A stretch of 56,030 bases of DNA, counting the filler, from Sluysia triapertura (taxonomy: Eukaryota), in NCBI GenBank assembly GCA_046118255.1. It is 4 parts of 4 records of this genome, joined end to end, with 100 filler letters (N's around TTAATTAATTAA, not from the genome) between each part and the next. Parts side by side here need not be neighbours in the genome. Positions count along the whole stretch, not along the records: positions 1 to 18,377 come from JBJNIA010151938.1; positions 18,478 to 32,506 come from JBJNIA010008879.1; 2 more parts are not named here. One strand, given 5' to 3'. The stretch's first letter is position 1, and the number at the start of each line of letters is the position of its first letter. The notes under the pieces were generated by a model. It was not told the DNA's origin and made no database searches. It worked only from the letters and a program-made list of their open reading frames with translations. The position numbers were made by a program, and so were the translations under genes. Below are positions 11,163 to 24,790 of the stretch, piece after piece.

Positions 11163-12322
11163 CATAATATTTTATTCATATTAATTAACATATTATTTTA
11201 ATGTCAAAATATTATTGCTATTATTATTCTATTATTGCTAATTCAAATTCAACTTATATTAAAGAAATCAAGCATTTATTAATAAAAGACTCAGAAATAA
11301 ATTTGTTAAACAGTTATTTTCCAATTTATAAGATTTTTGAAAAAATTATAAAATACATTAATACATTAATTGACGGACAAGGCCATGTTCGTCATCGTGT
11401 TAAAACGGAATTCCAAAATAAAGTCACTACAAATGTTCAAATTGATACAAAAAATACAAATGACATGCATATTTCCACATAACCATTTAATTATTAGCAA
11501 ACAATCGTTGGTAATTTCCCGTTGAGCTAAGATAATCTATAAGTAGCCTTGGAGTTGTTTAACCGCTCTCCTTAGGATTAAATCTCAAAGATTAGTATAT
11601 GTACAGACGATTAAACTCGCGCAATTCTATGCATGGAAATAAAATAATACTTAAATAATTTTGTTTTTATTTATTCTATTTATATAAAAGTAAAAACTAT
11701 TTCATGTGTAATACTACTGGTTTATGAAGTAATGATAAAACATATTAAATAAAAACTTTAAATAACAATGAAATTGAGATGAAACAAACAAAATTATTGA
11801 TATAATAGAAAAACTGATAAAACTTAACAAATTATTTAAATTCACAACATTAATAATGATAAAATATTGCTTCTTTTTTTATATAAATTATTTACAACTA
11901 ATAATCTTGACACTTTTCGAAGCAATCGTATCAATACTCCACTTTACATCGTCATTTTAGCTAGAATATGAAAAAAGATCATGTGCAACAATAATAATAC
12001 TTTTATTTTTACATGTTTAAAGATATTCATATGGTTTTTAAACATTAAAATATACTGCGGCTTAAAATTTACCTATGCTTAGTGGAGTGAACTTAATTTT
12101 TCTCGTTTTACAAATATGTGCAAATTCAATTTCTCTATTTTTTCTTGCAGAGATAACTGATTACTATTAATGTGCTTTCAAAAATAATATCTCAAATGTA
12201 AATATTTATCAAATAAAACAATACGTGGTCTATAAAGCTGTTTAACAATATTTTTAAACAACTTATTTAGTGCAAGTTTTAATAATGTTCAATAAGTACA
12301 TTTGATAACATAATAATCTTAC

Positions 12323-12460
12323 TTTTTAGGAAGCCATTCGATGATTAAACTACCGATAAATAAAAGTAGAATCGCAAGAGAGAAAATCACGATGCGACAA
12401 GGTAACAAAATAGCATATCTTGTAAATATGCCGATTGCCCATAAAATTGTTAATTGAAGA
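12323..12460 (-). CDS. GPAT4: Glycerol-3-phosphate acyltransferase 3/4, transmembrane exon A
   Basis: 138-nt AG/GTAAG exon, LQLTILWAIGIFTRYAILLPCRIVIFSLAILLLFIGSLIIEWLPK, matching the GPAT3/4 LTVLWxxGxxxRYxxLLPxR segment. Confidence 0.9.
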
Positions 12461-12470
12461 CTAAATAATT

Positions 12471-12526
<56 letters not shown>

Positions 12527-12561
12527 TTCCACAAATCGCTTAAATTTAAACTTACTTATTA

Positions 12562-13095
12562 CCGCGTTTTCCCGAAAATAAGACAGGGCTTATATTAATT
12601 TTCACTCCAAAATATGGCACGGGCTTATTTTCGGGGGTTGCCCTATTTTCATCTATCGAAAAACAAAGTTACAAAGTAGAGAATTATATATGAAATTTCT
12701 AAATATTCAAACAACATGAAAACCGATCTACATTTACTAATGAATAGCGCGTTTTATGTTTAAAAACAACACTAACTATAAATCATTCAAAAATGACCAT
12801 ATCGTCGACCTCTGGAATGTCTTGCAAGTCACACTGGATTACAAAGTTTCTGCGGAGTTTTCATTTAACTGAAAGGAGAAGTGCTAATAAAATCTTACTT
12901 GGAGAATTGTCTAAAAGTGAATAAGAATGCTTTCGTAATGAAAATATCTCAAAATGAATTGTAATTGTGCTTTAAATACAGAAGTACATGCTAAAAAATG
13001 CGTCTCAAACCATTCATTGACTTTTTTAGGTATCCTAATCGGCTATCAACTAGGGCTGAAACATCACACTAGGTCTTATTTTCGAGGAAACACAT
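12562..13095. mobile_element. Non-autonomous pogo/Tc1-mariner-type MITE (~530 bp)
   Basis: TA|CCGCGTTTTCCCGAAAATAAGAC at the left and GTCTTATTTTCGAGGAAACAC..TA at the right are inverted repeats; an internal CTTATTTTCGGGGG copy lies near 12623. Confidence 0.75.
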
Positions 13096-13941
13096 TAGTT
13101 ATGATGATAATCTGTTAAAACACGTTTATATTTTAATCAATTTGCATTTAAAATTCATTTTTATAATACAAAATGCATTTGTTTTCCGTTTTACCAATCA
13201 TTATTTTTATTGTAAATGCTTTATCGATCGGTATTAATAAATATACAAAAAATACATCAAATTTACCAATTTTTTAACTTGATGAAGATTATACTTTAAA
13301 ATATCCTAAGGTCCTTGTTTTTGAGTATGACACAAGTGATTTCGAGTCTTCTGTTATCTTTTCGGTCGGGAAAATAGAACAATTTTTAGTATTTATATCT
13401 ACATTAGTTCAAAGAAGGTTAATCAGAGAGCTTCACAGATGTATCATTGTTGATGGAAACAGTAGAAAAATATTGAATTTCACTTAATATCTTACTGTGA
13501 GTATTTTGACAAAGATATTCAAATTCAAAATTAAATAGACATTTTATAAATAACTCGATAACGTAAAATTATTTACTTCCGATTTAGATTAAACTTTATA
13601 AAACACTTCTAGATAGATACCACTTTAGAAAAACTTGTTGCTTCAGAAGCATTACGAGGCAAATTAACTATCTTTTTCTGGTAATAGAAACTTTGAAACA
13701 AATCGAATAATAAAAATATAATATAATTTTTGTTTAAGAAATCGTGATTAGAAATTGAAATTAAATTGTCAGTAGAAACAATCTTCTGTGTTTTTCAGCT
13801 CGTTAATTATAGGTGTTGGCATCGTAAATATTTCGATAAAGGTATCAATTGAAGTAGATAATTATACGAAGATAATTACTGTACACATTTTAATTTAATA
13901 TAGAACTTCCAATTGAGATTGTATCAATATAAATAGAAATG

Positions 13942-14590
13942 CAGGGTGATTGAAAAGTAGCTCCCTATTTTAAAATAACTGTAGTTTATATTTTAAATAT
14001 AATTGATACGTTTAATAAATATGAGAAGAAAGTATATTGCATGGACTTTATTTAAAATTCAATATAGGCACCATCATTCGCCGCCAGTTTTTCAAGACAG
14101 CCAGGAATCGCATCAATTGATTTCACAAGAAACTCTTGCGGGATGAAAGCCATAACTTAACGTATTCGCCCTTCAAGTTCTTCCAAATTTCTTGGTTTGG
14201 TTCAGTAGACTTGCTCTTTCAACCATTCCCAGAGAAAACAGTCACATGATGTTAAGTCAGGACATTCGGGCGAACCACGATAACCCATCCATCTTCAAGG
14301 AAATTTATCATCCAGCCATTCACGAACAATGATAGCAAAGTGTAGAAGAGTTCCATCTTGCATGAAAATCAAATCTTCAATATTGTCCCAATCACTGATA
14401 ATTGGCCAAACTTAAATACCTTTCGGCATTCATAGTATCACAATTACTTTAAGTCGATTCTACATTTTAACACGAGGATTTCCTCCTGCCCAGTAGTGGC
14501 AGTTGTGACGGTTCACAAACCCTCCTACGTGGAACGCAATTTCATCACTCCAGAGAATAGTCTTTGCAGGGTTTTGAAATTTCAAACAAA
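13942..14590 (-). mobile_element. Degenerate Tc1/mariner transposase (probably rosa/DD41D-like) with right terminus
   Basis: ILWSDEIAFHVGGFVNRHNCHYWA, FMQDGTLLHF..VREWLDDKFP*RWMG, PDLTSCDCFLWEWLKEQVY, LEELEGRI..., GAYIEF*; CAGGGTG terminus at 13942. Confidence 0.88.
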
Positions 14591-17500
14591 TTCACAAAAC
14601 AGATATAAAAAGAAAACGAGCAGAGACTAAATTGTCATACATTAAGTAAGATATGCGCAAAAAGTTGAAACACATTAAATCGTTGGTCTTCAAGAGTTAC
14701 GACCATCAAAAATGAAACGAATTTGCTTATTGAATAAATATTTTTGATAATTAGTATCAAAACATTTTGCTATTATTTTAAAAACCTAATTTCATCATGA
14801 TATTACAAATTGGTGCGCGATCAAAGGATATAACCTGATTAATTGAACAATAAGTACAAATAAAGAATTTAAAACGGGATAAATTAATATCGAACACAGA
14901 TATGATAGACCATCAATTTCAGTTGAAAATAATTATATATTTCTTATACTTGGAACTAGTTACGGTTCTGTGTAGAATATCCTTAAAAAATATTACCACA
15001 AGGTTTGTAACAAGTTTTTTAACTTCAGGTACATTTAAACATAAAAATAAAAAAACTTCACACTCTTCATTTAAACCATAAACCAGAAAATTTTGGATTA
15101 CTTTGATCCGGTAAACAAATCTTATTGAAAATAAGATATAGTATTGACTGCATGTAAAAAGAGAAGCTCAGAAATAAAATATGAACAGTGTGACAATTAA
15201 AATAGTTGATGAAAATAATTAACTACTAAAAATATAATTGACGGAATGTGTGAATAATTAAGTACAGCTAGTAATTCTGTTAAATTGATTAAATATGTAG
15301 TAGTTCTAGGTGTAATTGGCCATTGTAATTATAACTGCGGTGTTAAATAAGTATAATAATAGTAATAGTAATATAGTAAGTATTAGTCCTTGCACATTGA
15401 ATAAAATTAGCCAAACAATAGATATTGATTTTAAAAAAGTGATTGTGAAAGAGTTATTATAGAATAGACTAATTGGTCAAATGAATTAGTTGGAAAATTG
15501 CTACAAAAGGAGGCGCTTTTTCGTTGTGAAAAAATGATATTCAGTCAAGCTCTATTAACAAAATTCTGATGTTTATGTATTGTTTTTCTTTATCATACAT
15601 ACATAAGCCCAATTATTATTCAATTCCCATTCTAATATTTTATCATAATCAACTTCTCTTTAATTCAATGTTTTACTACTACCTATACAATTTAATTCTA
15701 TAATGATTTATAAGCATTGGATATTATAATATGGCTCCATAACCAGTTTTCTCTATATATTATAATGCACATTATTGTTTTGGCTACATATTTTCTCCAT
15801 AATACTGTAAATATAGTGCATAATTCGAAAACATTATGCATATAAATATGGGTGAATAATTTTCTTATAAATAATTTTAATCGTTTTGAAAAATAATTTA
15901 AATAAATTCAACTATTGCAAACATTTGTTTTATAAATTAATAAATCTTTATTGTAAATATTATGTAAAAACAGTAATAAAAATTATTTGAATTGAAGGGG
16001 TAATACAATTAAGTTTCATCAAAATTATGTTTCAATACAATTTTGATAATAAAAATTGATTTATGTTTTAGTAATATTATTAATAATTTTATAATCAGAT
16101 TAATATTTTATGTTATTTGGTTATGTTTTATGGTACTCTAAGGTAATTTTATTATTATAATTATGATAAAGATATAAAAGGAAAAAATTTTTAAAACAAC
16201 AATACAATGTTCAAAGTTCAACTTGATAATTTTGGTACATCTGGATCGATCAACTTTTCTGTAATACAAATTAAAAATTGACAGAAAAAATCGACATTCG
16301 ATCAGTGATTTGGATTTCACAAATTTTTATCCATGAATAGGTAAGATTTAGTATTAAATTCACAGTTAAATTTTGTTAATATTCCATAACCAAATATTAA
16401 ATCTGGTTTAATAATTTTATTTTACAAATAACATATTAAATTAAGTGAGATAGCTTAGTTTTTAATTGTCCTTTTTATTGTAGATATTATCTATAATATC
16501 ATTTTGTGTATAATTCTTTTGTATTTTATTTATAACTTATAATAAAACTTAGAACTGGTAGTGTTTTTTGTTTTTAAAATATAATTGAAAGAATTAAACT
16601 TTAGTGTCAACATTTCTAAAGAGTTTAAACATAAACGTTAAATTTTTGGAGATTAATTCTAAAAGACTCAGTTTAGGTTGACGTTCACAAGAATTTATTT
16701 AGAATAAGGAAATTCGCACGTAAATATTCGCAATTTTTAATATAAAACCTGAAGCGGTGTCTTCTACACATATAATCAATGACTTCAGGCGAACCCGAAT
16801 AAGATTTTTGCATAGTTGCTGAGAATCTGATAATCTCGAGTTAATAAAAATCACAGCAATGTTATAATTTTAACTATGCACTTTATTCAGTTATATCCGC
16901 CTTGCTAGTTATCGTTCAGTTTTAGCGGATTTTCCATGTTTTATTGACGTTTACGTTTAATCCATAAATATTTTTGAGTGCTAATTAAGTGATAGATTCA
17001 TTCCTTTTTTAATTTCTGGTTATTTATTATCTTGCTATTTAACAGTGTTTATGAAGATATTTTCTTGGATTTTTAGACATTATTTTGATAATTTGTAAAG
17101 TTGTATTTTTTGATGTAAATGCAGTAATTATATTAGAATGGAAGGATTAAAACAATATTATAAGGGAGAAAATCTGCGATTTATTCAGCTTCTTATAGCC
17201 ATGACTTTTGGATCTTTTGTAGTTTGAAAATAATTATCATATTGTTGTCATATGAAATAATGATAGTAATATATTTAAAATTGATGAGTCATGTATGCTG
17301 GATGTTGAGAAATAATATGTATAATTTCTATGTTAATGTAAATTAATAGTTGTTGTAATTATACCGCAAACAAATTCTATAATATTAATAAATAAATTTA
17401 ACTAAATCTTACAGAATAAGTACTAATTTTATGATAACATCTACATACAGGAATGTAATTATAAATAGAATGTACTTGTATGTGTAAATAATTGTTTTGA

Positions 17501-18303
17501 TAATTTTCAATATAGTCATATCAAATATAATAATAAGTTTAATTCCAATGTTGAAAAATAATACATAAAGAGTTAATATTGTCTATCAAAACAGAAATAA
17601 CTGTTTTATGATAATATTTGTTCGACCGTAATTTGCTAATTTCAATATTTGATCTATCAATAATATTCGGTATTTCGGTCTAATAATAGTTGGTATTTTT
17701 TATGATAAGTTGGTCGACCATTTAAATTCTTTTATATTATACATATAAGTTATAATCCTGTTTAACATAGCTTACATTGTATTCATTTTAAATATTAATA
17801 AACCAATAAAAAATTTTATTATAAAAACGGTAACTTGCAAAGAAATTTTTCTGCTGTACGTCTGTGAAAAGTAAGAGATGAGATTGTAACTAATTTTGAG
17901 AAATAAAATTTTTTAAATTGTCACTTTCACATTTAAGAACGCAGGCGAGTATGGAACTCTTTCTCCAAGTTAAATTTATAAAAGAGATATTAAATAAATT
18001 AAGCGAGAAGTTAATCAAAATAAAGTTGGAAAAAAAATTTAATTTTAATTAAGGAAAAGGTTGGTAAAAAGTTATCGAATTAGACAGCGTAGTTTGATTA
18101 ATAATTACAATTTAGAACTTAGTCAGTAAAGATTTGTAATTTACATAAAAAAGAATTGACAAGTATACAAGATATAAAGTTTAAACTTGCAATAACTATA
18201 AACAATTAAAGTACTATTATAAAAGTTATAAGATTTCACGAGAAAGGATGAATCATAAGTTTTACATTTACGCTGGAGTTGAAAATTTTATTAATAAAAT
18301 TTT

Positions 18304-18377
<74 letters not shown>

Positions 18378-18477
18378 NNNNNNNNNNNNNNNNNNNNNNN
18401 NNNNNNNNNNNNNNNNNNNNNTTAATTAATTAANNNNNNNNNNNNNNNNNNNNNNNNNNNNNNNNNNNNNNNNNNNN
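18378..18477. other. Artificial contig spacer N44-TTAATTAATTAA-N44
   Basis: The identical 100-nt six-frame-stop linker occurs three times; this one follows an (AAT)n tract at 18305-18377. Confidence 0.97.
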
Positions 18478-19204
18478 TATATAATCTAAAAATAGATTGC
18501 AGTCAATGTACTATGAAATTTAAAAATAAATTTACTCATTATTTTATATTGTATAAATTTAAAAATATGTATGTTAAATAATTGTTTTGTTTTGTATAAA
18601 TCTAATCACTCATGTTTGTAAATTCTAAAAATAGATAATCAATAAATAAAATAATTTTAATACTTTGAAATAATTGTTTACTACTTTTAAATAAAATATA
18701 AAAATGCTTGCATGTTATTAATAAATTTATGGAATATATTATAAAATAATTTATAGAATAATATATTATAATTTATTTAAAAGAATTAATCAAGGTCGTT
18801 CAAAAAAGTATTTAAAGCATTGTAATTTCACATTCATACACTACTGCTCGTTAAAATTTTAAAATATTTCATTGTTTATGTGGAGAGAGCTTTTTCTTTT
18901 TAAATTTTAAACATTTATTAAAATTATTAAGTTTTGTTTTTTCTGATTTTAAATTTTTATTAGAAATGTTAAAAATTCTAATTAACGAAAAACAAAATTA
19001 ATAAAGTAGGCTTAAGGCCTTTTGTAAACAACAAATTAAACAAATTAAGGTTAAATTTTATTTTGAGCATAAAAATTGTAAAAATATAAATAACGTTAAT
19101 AATTAATGTTATTGAATGTTTACTAACTATACTTTTAAATTTATTTTCTCGAATATTGGATTTTCAACACCTATTAGAGTTTTCAAATTAGACATGATTG
19201 TAAG

Positions 19205-20166
19205 CTAAGATGATTCTTTTGACATATCAAAACTATCAGTTTTTATTTCACTATTAATTCTTCGTAATCTATACAATTCACCATGTACATCGACATGACC
19301 AAAATTGCCATAGTAAAATTTATGTTTACTATAATTAATAAGCATATCACAATTATATCTGCCAGAAAATGTTCGCTCACGTATAGTCATTGACCGAGTA
19401 AGAAATAAATCTGCATAAATTAATAAAATAAATTTTACATTTTCGTATGTTTTAATCGCATCATCTTTAGAAGAATGATTTTGAAATATAATATAATTCG
19501 GATAAATTGAAAACAAGCTACGTTTTCAAATAATTGAAATTTACAAAAACAATAATATTCTATTTTTAGTTTATCTGATAAACATGTCTCTAGTCGTAAT
19601 AAACGTGCAGCGAATAAAACAAATCCGTATGATATGAGAAAAATACTTATTAGTAAATTAAAACTAAGACTGGCCATACAAAACAAAAGAAAATTTACTT
19701 GAAGGTATGCCAAAAATTTGTAATCACAAATTGAAACATTAATCATTTTCGATAGCACATAATAAAATAAATAATAAAACATAATGAAGTACTATTAAAT
19801 GTCTATATTTGATTATTTCGTTCGTACTCTTAATAAATGGAGTGCAAAAGTACGAAACTATAATTAAAAAATAAAATATAAATCTTACAGTTAAATCAAA
19901 GTTATCATCTGCTACACATCTCCCATTTGTCGATAATACTGCAAAACTGGCTAGGATTATAAAATTGAGAGCTAACTTTAAATTATTGACATTGTATTTA
20001 GATGTAATTTAGATGAAATAAAACTAAAAGCATTAAATGATTTTTTTATCAAAATACTGAAATCATTTCTATTTGACATTTCATTTAAAGCATTTACTGA
20101 TTTTTTATTTTGTATATTAATTGTATAATTTTTATTATTTTTCATAGTTTGTATTTTCAGGTTCAC
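19205..20166 (-). CDS. Hypothetical multi-exon membrane protein gene or pseudogene
   Basis: Successive same-strand frames with hydrophobic segments (LALNFIILASFAVLS..), a GTAAG donor near 19888, a GCAG acceptor at 19411-19412 and a terminal exon ending DMSKESS*; no family recognised and the structure is unresolved. Confidence 0.3.
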
Positions 20167-20994
20167 TCAAACAGTAAAAAATGAACTGCAAAATTCAAAT
20201 ACCACATTGCATAAACACATTTTTCAACACCATAACAAAACGGTAATGAATATAATCGTATACATTTTTTCGAATTAAATGAAAATATATAAATTAACAA
20301 TGGAGTTGTGGATATTAAAGGAATATATTGACAGATAAAAGCATTTTTGTTAATGAGCTTATTTGTTTATCACGTGATATTTTTCTAGTTTATCGTTTTA
20401 AATTATTTGTATATCTATAACCAGCGTTTCTTGATCTGGGATATTCTGTATTTGAATTTAACTTAATTTCCATTTCTAATTTAAATTAATTATTATATAA
20501 AATTTAAATTAATCATTATACACAAAATTTAATTATTAAATAAAAAAGTAATTATTAATAATACAAAAAATTTCAATGAAAATAAAAATAATGGAATTTA
20601 ATGAAAAAATAATTAATGCTTAATGGATTAGAGAAGGAAGAAACATTTACCTAATGGATTTTTAATTGAATAAGCAATTAGACCAAATAAGTTAATGGAA
20701 AAAAGTAATTACAATAGCTAAAGACAATTACACAATATTATCAAACGCGTATAAATAGAGAGACATTTCAGTCAAAAAATTAATATTTTAAGAAGACATT
20801 ACTTCAGAAGACACTATTTTCGAAGAGGAAGAAAAAGCAATTCCGAAAAGGAGATCATTATCAATTTCTTAGAAAACATTTATCCTGAAGAAAGGTATTT
20901 ATTTGTAAAATTTAACTCACTAAATTGATTAACATTTAACGATATTTTATTTATCATTAAAACAATACGATAATTGCGAGTATTAACAATTTTT

Positions 20995-21160
20995 GTAATA
21001 TATTATTAACGATATTAATAATCTTTGTGTAATATACTTTATATTAATAACCTTTGTGTAATATATTTTATTAATCTTTGTGTAATATATCTTATTAACA
21101 ACATTAATAAATTTGTGACATTAATAATTTTATAATATATTAGGTACTTTTGTATAATAC
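20995..21160. repeat. Degenerate ~25-29 bp minisatellite (ATTAATAATCTTTGTGTAATAT)
   Basis: About six imperfect tandem units visible. Confidence 0.7.
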
Positions 21161-21419
21161 ATTTTATTTGAATACTTATTTCGGGTTTTGAAAGTATTTA
21201 AAGTTCAGGTAATCTAAGATTTAAATTAAAAGAAAGTATTTAGAATTTAAGATAATTGAATTTTGCACTTCCATCGTTCCATCTACGAACGAACGAACGA
21301 CTCCAGACTCCAGAGGTATTTAACAGCAGTTATAAAACACAGAAAATTTAATAACATATCGTATAGAAGTTATTAACGCACGTATTTTAGTTTTAAATCA
21401 AATATGTAGAAGAACTTAC

Positions 21420-21584
21420 CATCGAATTGATACTGAATAATATTGTTGATAATTTCCAGCAGGAAAAATACCAGATGATGATTAGATGGTGACGATAAAA
21501 GAAACCAAGGACTAGTGAATGCTTCTAGTAAATGCAATAATTTGTTTGCAGTTACCATTGATAAGCTTTTCAGATACGGTGATA
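21420..21584 (-). CDS. HID1: HID1 (dymeclin-family dense-core-vesicle protein), single internal exon
   Basis: 165-nt CAG/GTAAGT exon, (V)SPYLKSLSMVTANKLLHLLEAFTSPWFLLSSPSNHHLVFFLLEIINNIIQYQFD(G), very close to the conserved HID1 core as I recall it. Confidence 0.93.
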
Positions 21585-24318
21585 CTGAAATTGAATAAAA
21601 CAATTAAAATATTGTCGTAACAGACTATAATCAAATCTTTTAGCCAAATAAAAGACATTTTTATTTTGTTAACAATGTTAAAATTTGCATTCATTTATAA
21701 AAAAAATTGTACGTTTTAAATTTGTCACATTTTATTGGGAAATGCACAGTATATAATAAGATACTTTAATTTTGTTTTAAAATTATTTTTGTTAATAATT
21801 TCTAATAATAATTTCAGAGAGAACAAATAAAATGTAAGATAAACATTTAGATAATTATAATAAACTAATTCTTAATGCAAAAATTGAAAATTTAAACTTT
21901 AAAATATAATTCAGATTTTAAAGATAAAATATAAAAGTAAATATGGATTTTAAAAAAAATTTTTTAAATAAAATTTCGTAATTTAGAAGATACAAATAAA
22001 TTAAATATTGTTTTAAAACAATACAAAAAGAATTTTAATAAAATGACAGTTATAACATAAACATTACAGACATTCGTTTGCACGTCAAGATCAGCAAGAA
22101 ATAAATTCAAAAATAATTAATAAAATTTTATAGGAACAAGGAAAAACTTAATAAAGTAAAAATTTTGTTCAAACCAGAACCAGAAATTCATTTTCGAAAG
22201 ATTTTGATTTGAGTGGATATTTTGAAGCAGACTTCGAAGAAAATGAAGAATACTTTCAACATTTAATCTTAAGAAAAAATATTTCGTAATTTATTGTTAT
22301 ACTTAACACTATTTATACTATTTATACATTTTAATTTGAAATTATTTTCTAAGTTTAACCATTTTTCTCAATTTATGTTTTGACTTTTTGTATAAAAATT
22401 GTTAAATTTATTTAGCGGTATAATTTTCCTTCAGCTCGTCCTAGATCTAAATATGCGTATCTGGTATACACAAAAACGTGGTAGAAATAGTGTAAATAAT
22501 TAGTTTACTAAATTTAGCTTTACGAATTTATTAAAACCTTCTCGAAATGTTTTTTTCAATTTGTTGAAAAAAAATAAAATAAAAAGCTTACTTAATAACT
22601 TATTCCAATAAATTAATATTAAATCATTGATAAGAATTAATTAATTGTGTACAGATTAACATAAGTTTAAGCGTTTGGAAGTTGTACAATAAATCATCAC
22701 TTTATCTTAATTTAGTTTTCTGTCTTCAAACTAATAATTAATCGTGAAAATAAAAATATTATTTAAATATTAAATGAACGTAGCTTGTGCTAAACAAATA
22801 TAGTAGAAAATAAGAATTATAAATTTATTTTTTATTTAATCAAGGAATTTTTTAATTAAAAATTTTAATAAAACCTTTTTTCAAAATAAAATTATAATCA
22901 TTATTATTGAGAATAAAATGCTTTTATATTAATTTAAAATTAAATTTAAGTTAAGTGTATAAATAATTATTTTCAAGTGAGATTCAATAAATATAATATG
23001 AAATTAAAATTTATAAACATCGAACCTCACTATTATAGTCAACAAATCATTTTATTTTAAGAATCAATAACAGTGATATGAAATCAAAATGTAAGAGCAT
23101 AATACTCGATCAAAATTAACTTAAATTAAATTGATTGAATAGATAAAATTATTTGTACTCAAAATCTAAAAGCATTTTTATTATAAAATTAAAATTTAAT
23201 AGCATAGAAATTAATAGCATAAGTTATTAGTGTTGACAAATAATTACCATTGTAATTTGTCTACTGGCTTATGAACTACAAATATTTATTATATTAGTTT
23301 GAATTATAAATAATTATTGATTAACTATAAGTAATTATTAATTTGAATTGTAGATAATTATTGATTTGATTATTGGAATTATTATTATATTAATTGAAAA
23401 ATTATATATAAAGAAATAATTATTGGATAATATATGAAAGTAATTAATATACAAAATATATATGTAAAGAAAAATAAAACAAAAAACTCAGTAACTGATC
23501 AATTTTTTAATGTTTTTGTCGATATTTAAGTATTTTCGTCAATTTGAAATATTTTAAATCGAATTAAATATTTGATAAATATTGAACTGAAGTAGGTCGC
23601 ACTTATAATTGTATTCATCGAGATTGAACATTCTGGCAAATAATTTTATCTAAGCAGATAATAGTTATTTTGAGCTCGCACATTTCGTAACTATATAATT
23701 ATAAATCAAACAATTGCTTTTAATCATATTTTATCTATTAAGCTGTATAAAGTCATCACCGTTCAATTTATTTGAATACAATTAAAATTATAGTTTTCCT
23801 TTTTAATTCTTTTTAATTTTTTAACAATTCAATCACAATCACATTCGAAATTAATCAACAGACATCTTCAAAGCAATCCAAACATTCTAAATTCACGATC
23901 TTGTAACATTAAATCCTAACAACCAAACATGACTTTCTTTCAAAACACCAACGTACATTTATCATTCATTTTAACATTTATACTATTCTAAAGCACTTAA
24001 GTTTTAACTTTCTACACTTTAATACATCTTCAGTAAGAAACATTAAACACCATTTAAATTCACATAAGACCAGCGGAACAGCAAGTAAATTAAAATTTTA
24101 AATTAAATTAAATTAAATTTAAATTAAATTAAATTAAATTAAATTAAGTAAATTAAATTAAAACTTTTCACGCTCACCATATCCCGATATTTAACATCAT
24201 AATTTCACAGTTATTTTAAAAAGATATTTAGTTTCTTAAACAGATTTAAATATTTCAAGAAATAATAAAGAATTACTAGAAAGTTCGTGTTTAAAGCCTT
24301 TAAAGATAAAGAATTTAT

Positions 24319-24319
<1 letters not shown>

Positions 24320-24379
<60 letters not shown>
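24320..24379. repeat. (AAT)n microsatellite
   Basis: Read directly; explains the poly-Tyr ORF 24211-24429. An (AAATT)n tract lies at about 24098-24160 and another (AAT)n at 25770-25826. Confidence 0.95.
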
Positions 24380-24382
<3 letters not shown>

Positions 24383-24790
24383 TTACAATAACATTTTGTT
24401 ATTATTACTATTACCATGTTATTTTTCATTATTGCTCATTATTATTTTATTAATAGCAAAAATTAATCTATTAACTTGGTAACTGCCATGTTTAATTTAC
24501 ATATATGGCTCAATGTCACTGTTGATGATGGTTAGAATCGTATGTGATTGTAATTTCTATTCATTTATTGGCCACCCAACCAGAATAAATCTCTAGATTG
24601 TTTTTGTATGTTTCTGGTTGGATGACCAATCAAGAATTATTAACTATCAGTGAGAAATTTTTGCCATTTGATAAAAATAAATATTAGTCAAATTATCATA
24701 CTAAAAAATTTGCACAATTAAACATTTGTACTGTTATTTAAAAAAGATTTTTATAACTAATTGAGGTGGAAAAGCCAAGAAAAATAAAGA

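Noticed and set aside
18422-18433. TTAATTAATTAA palindrome recurring three times within N runs
   Set aside because: Identical 44N-12-44N structure each time; an artificial six-frame-stop contig linker, not biology.
18248-18433. Poly-Ile, poly-Tyr and X-containing ORFs (also 24211-24429, 36381-36614, 43961-44155)
   Set aside because: Translations of (AAT)n microsatellites, N gaps or the tRNA-like repeat.
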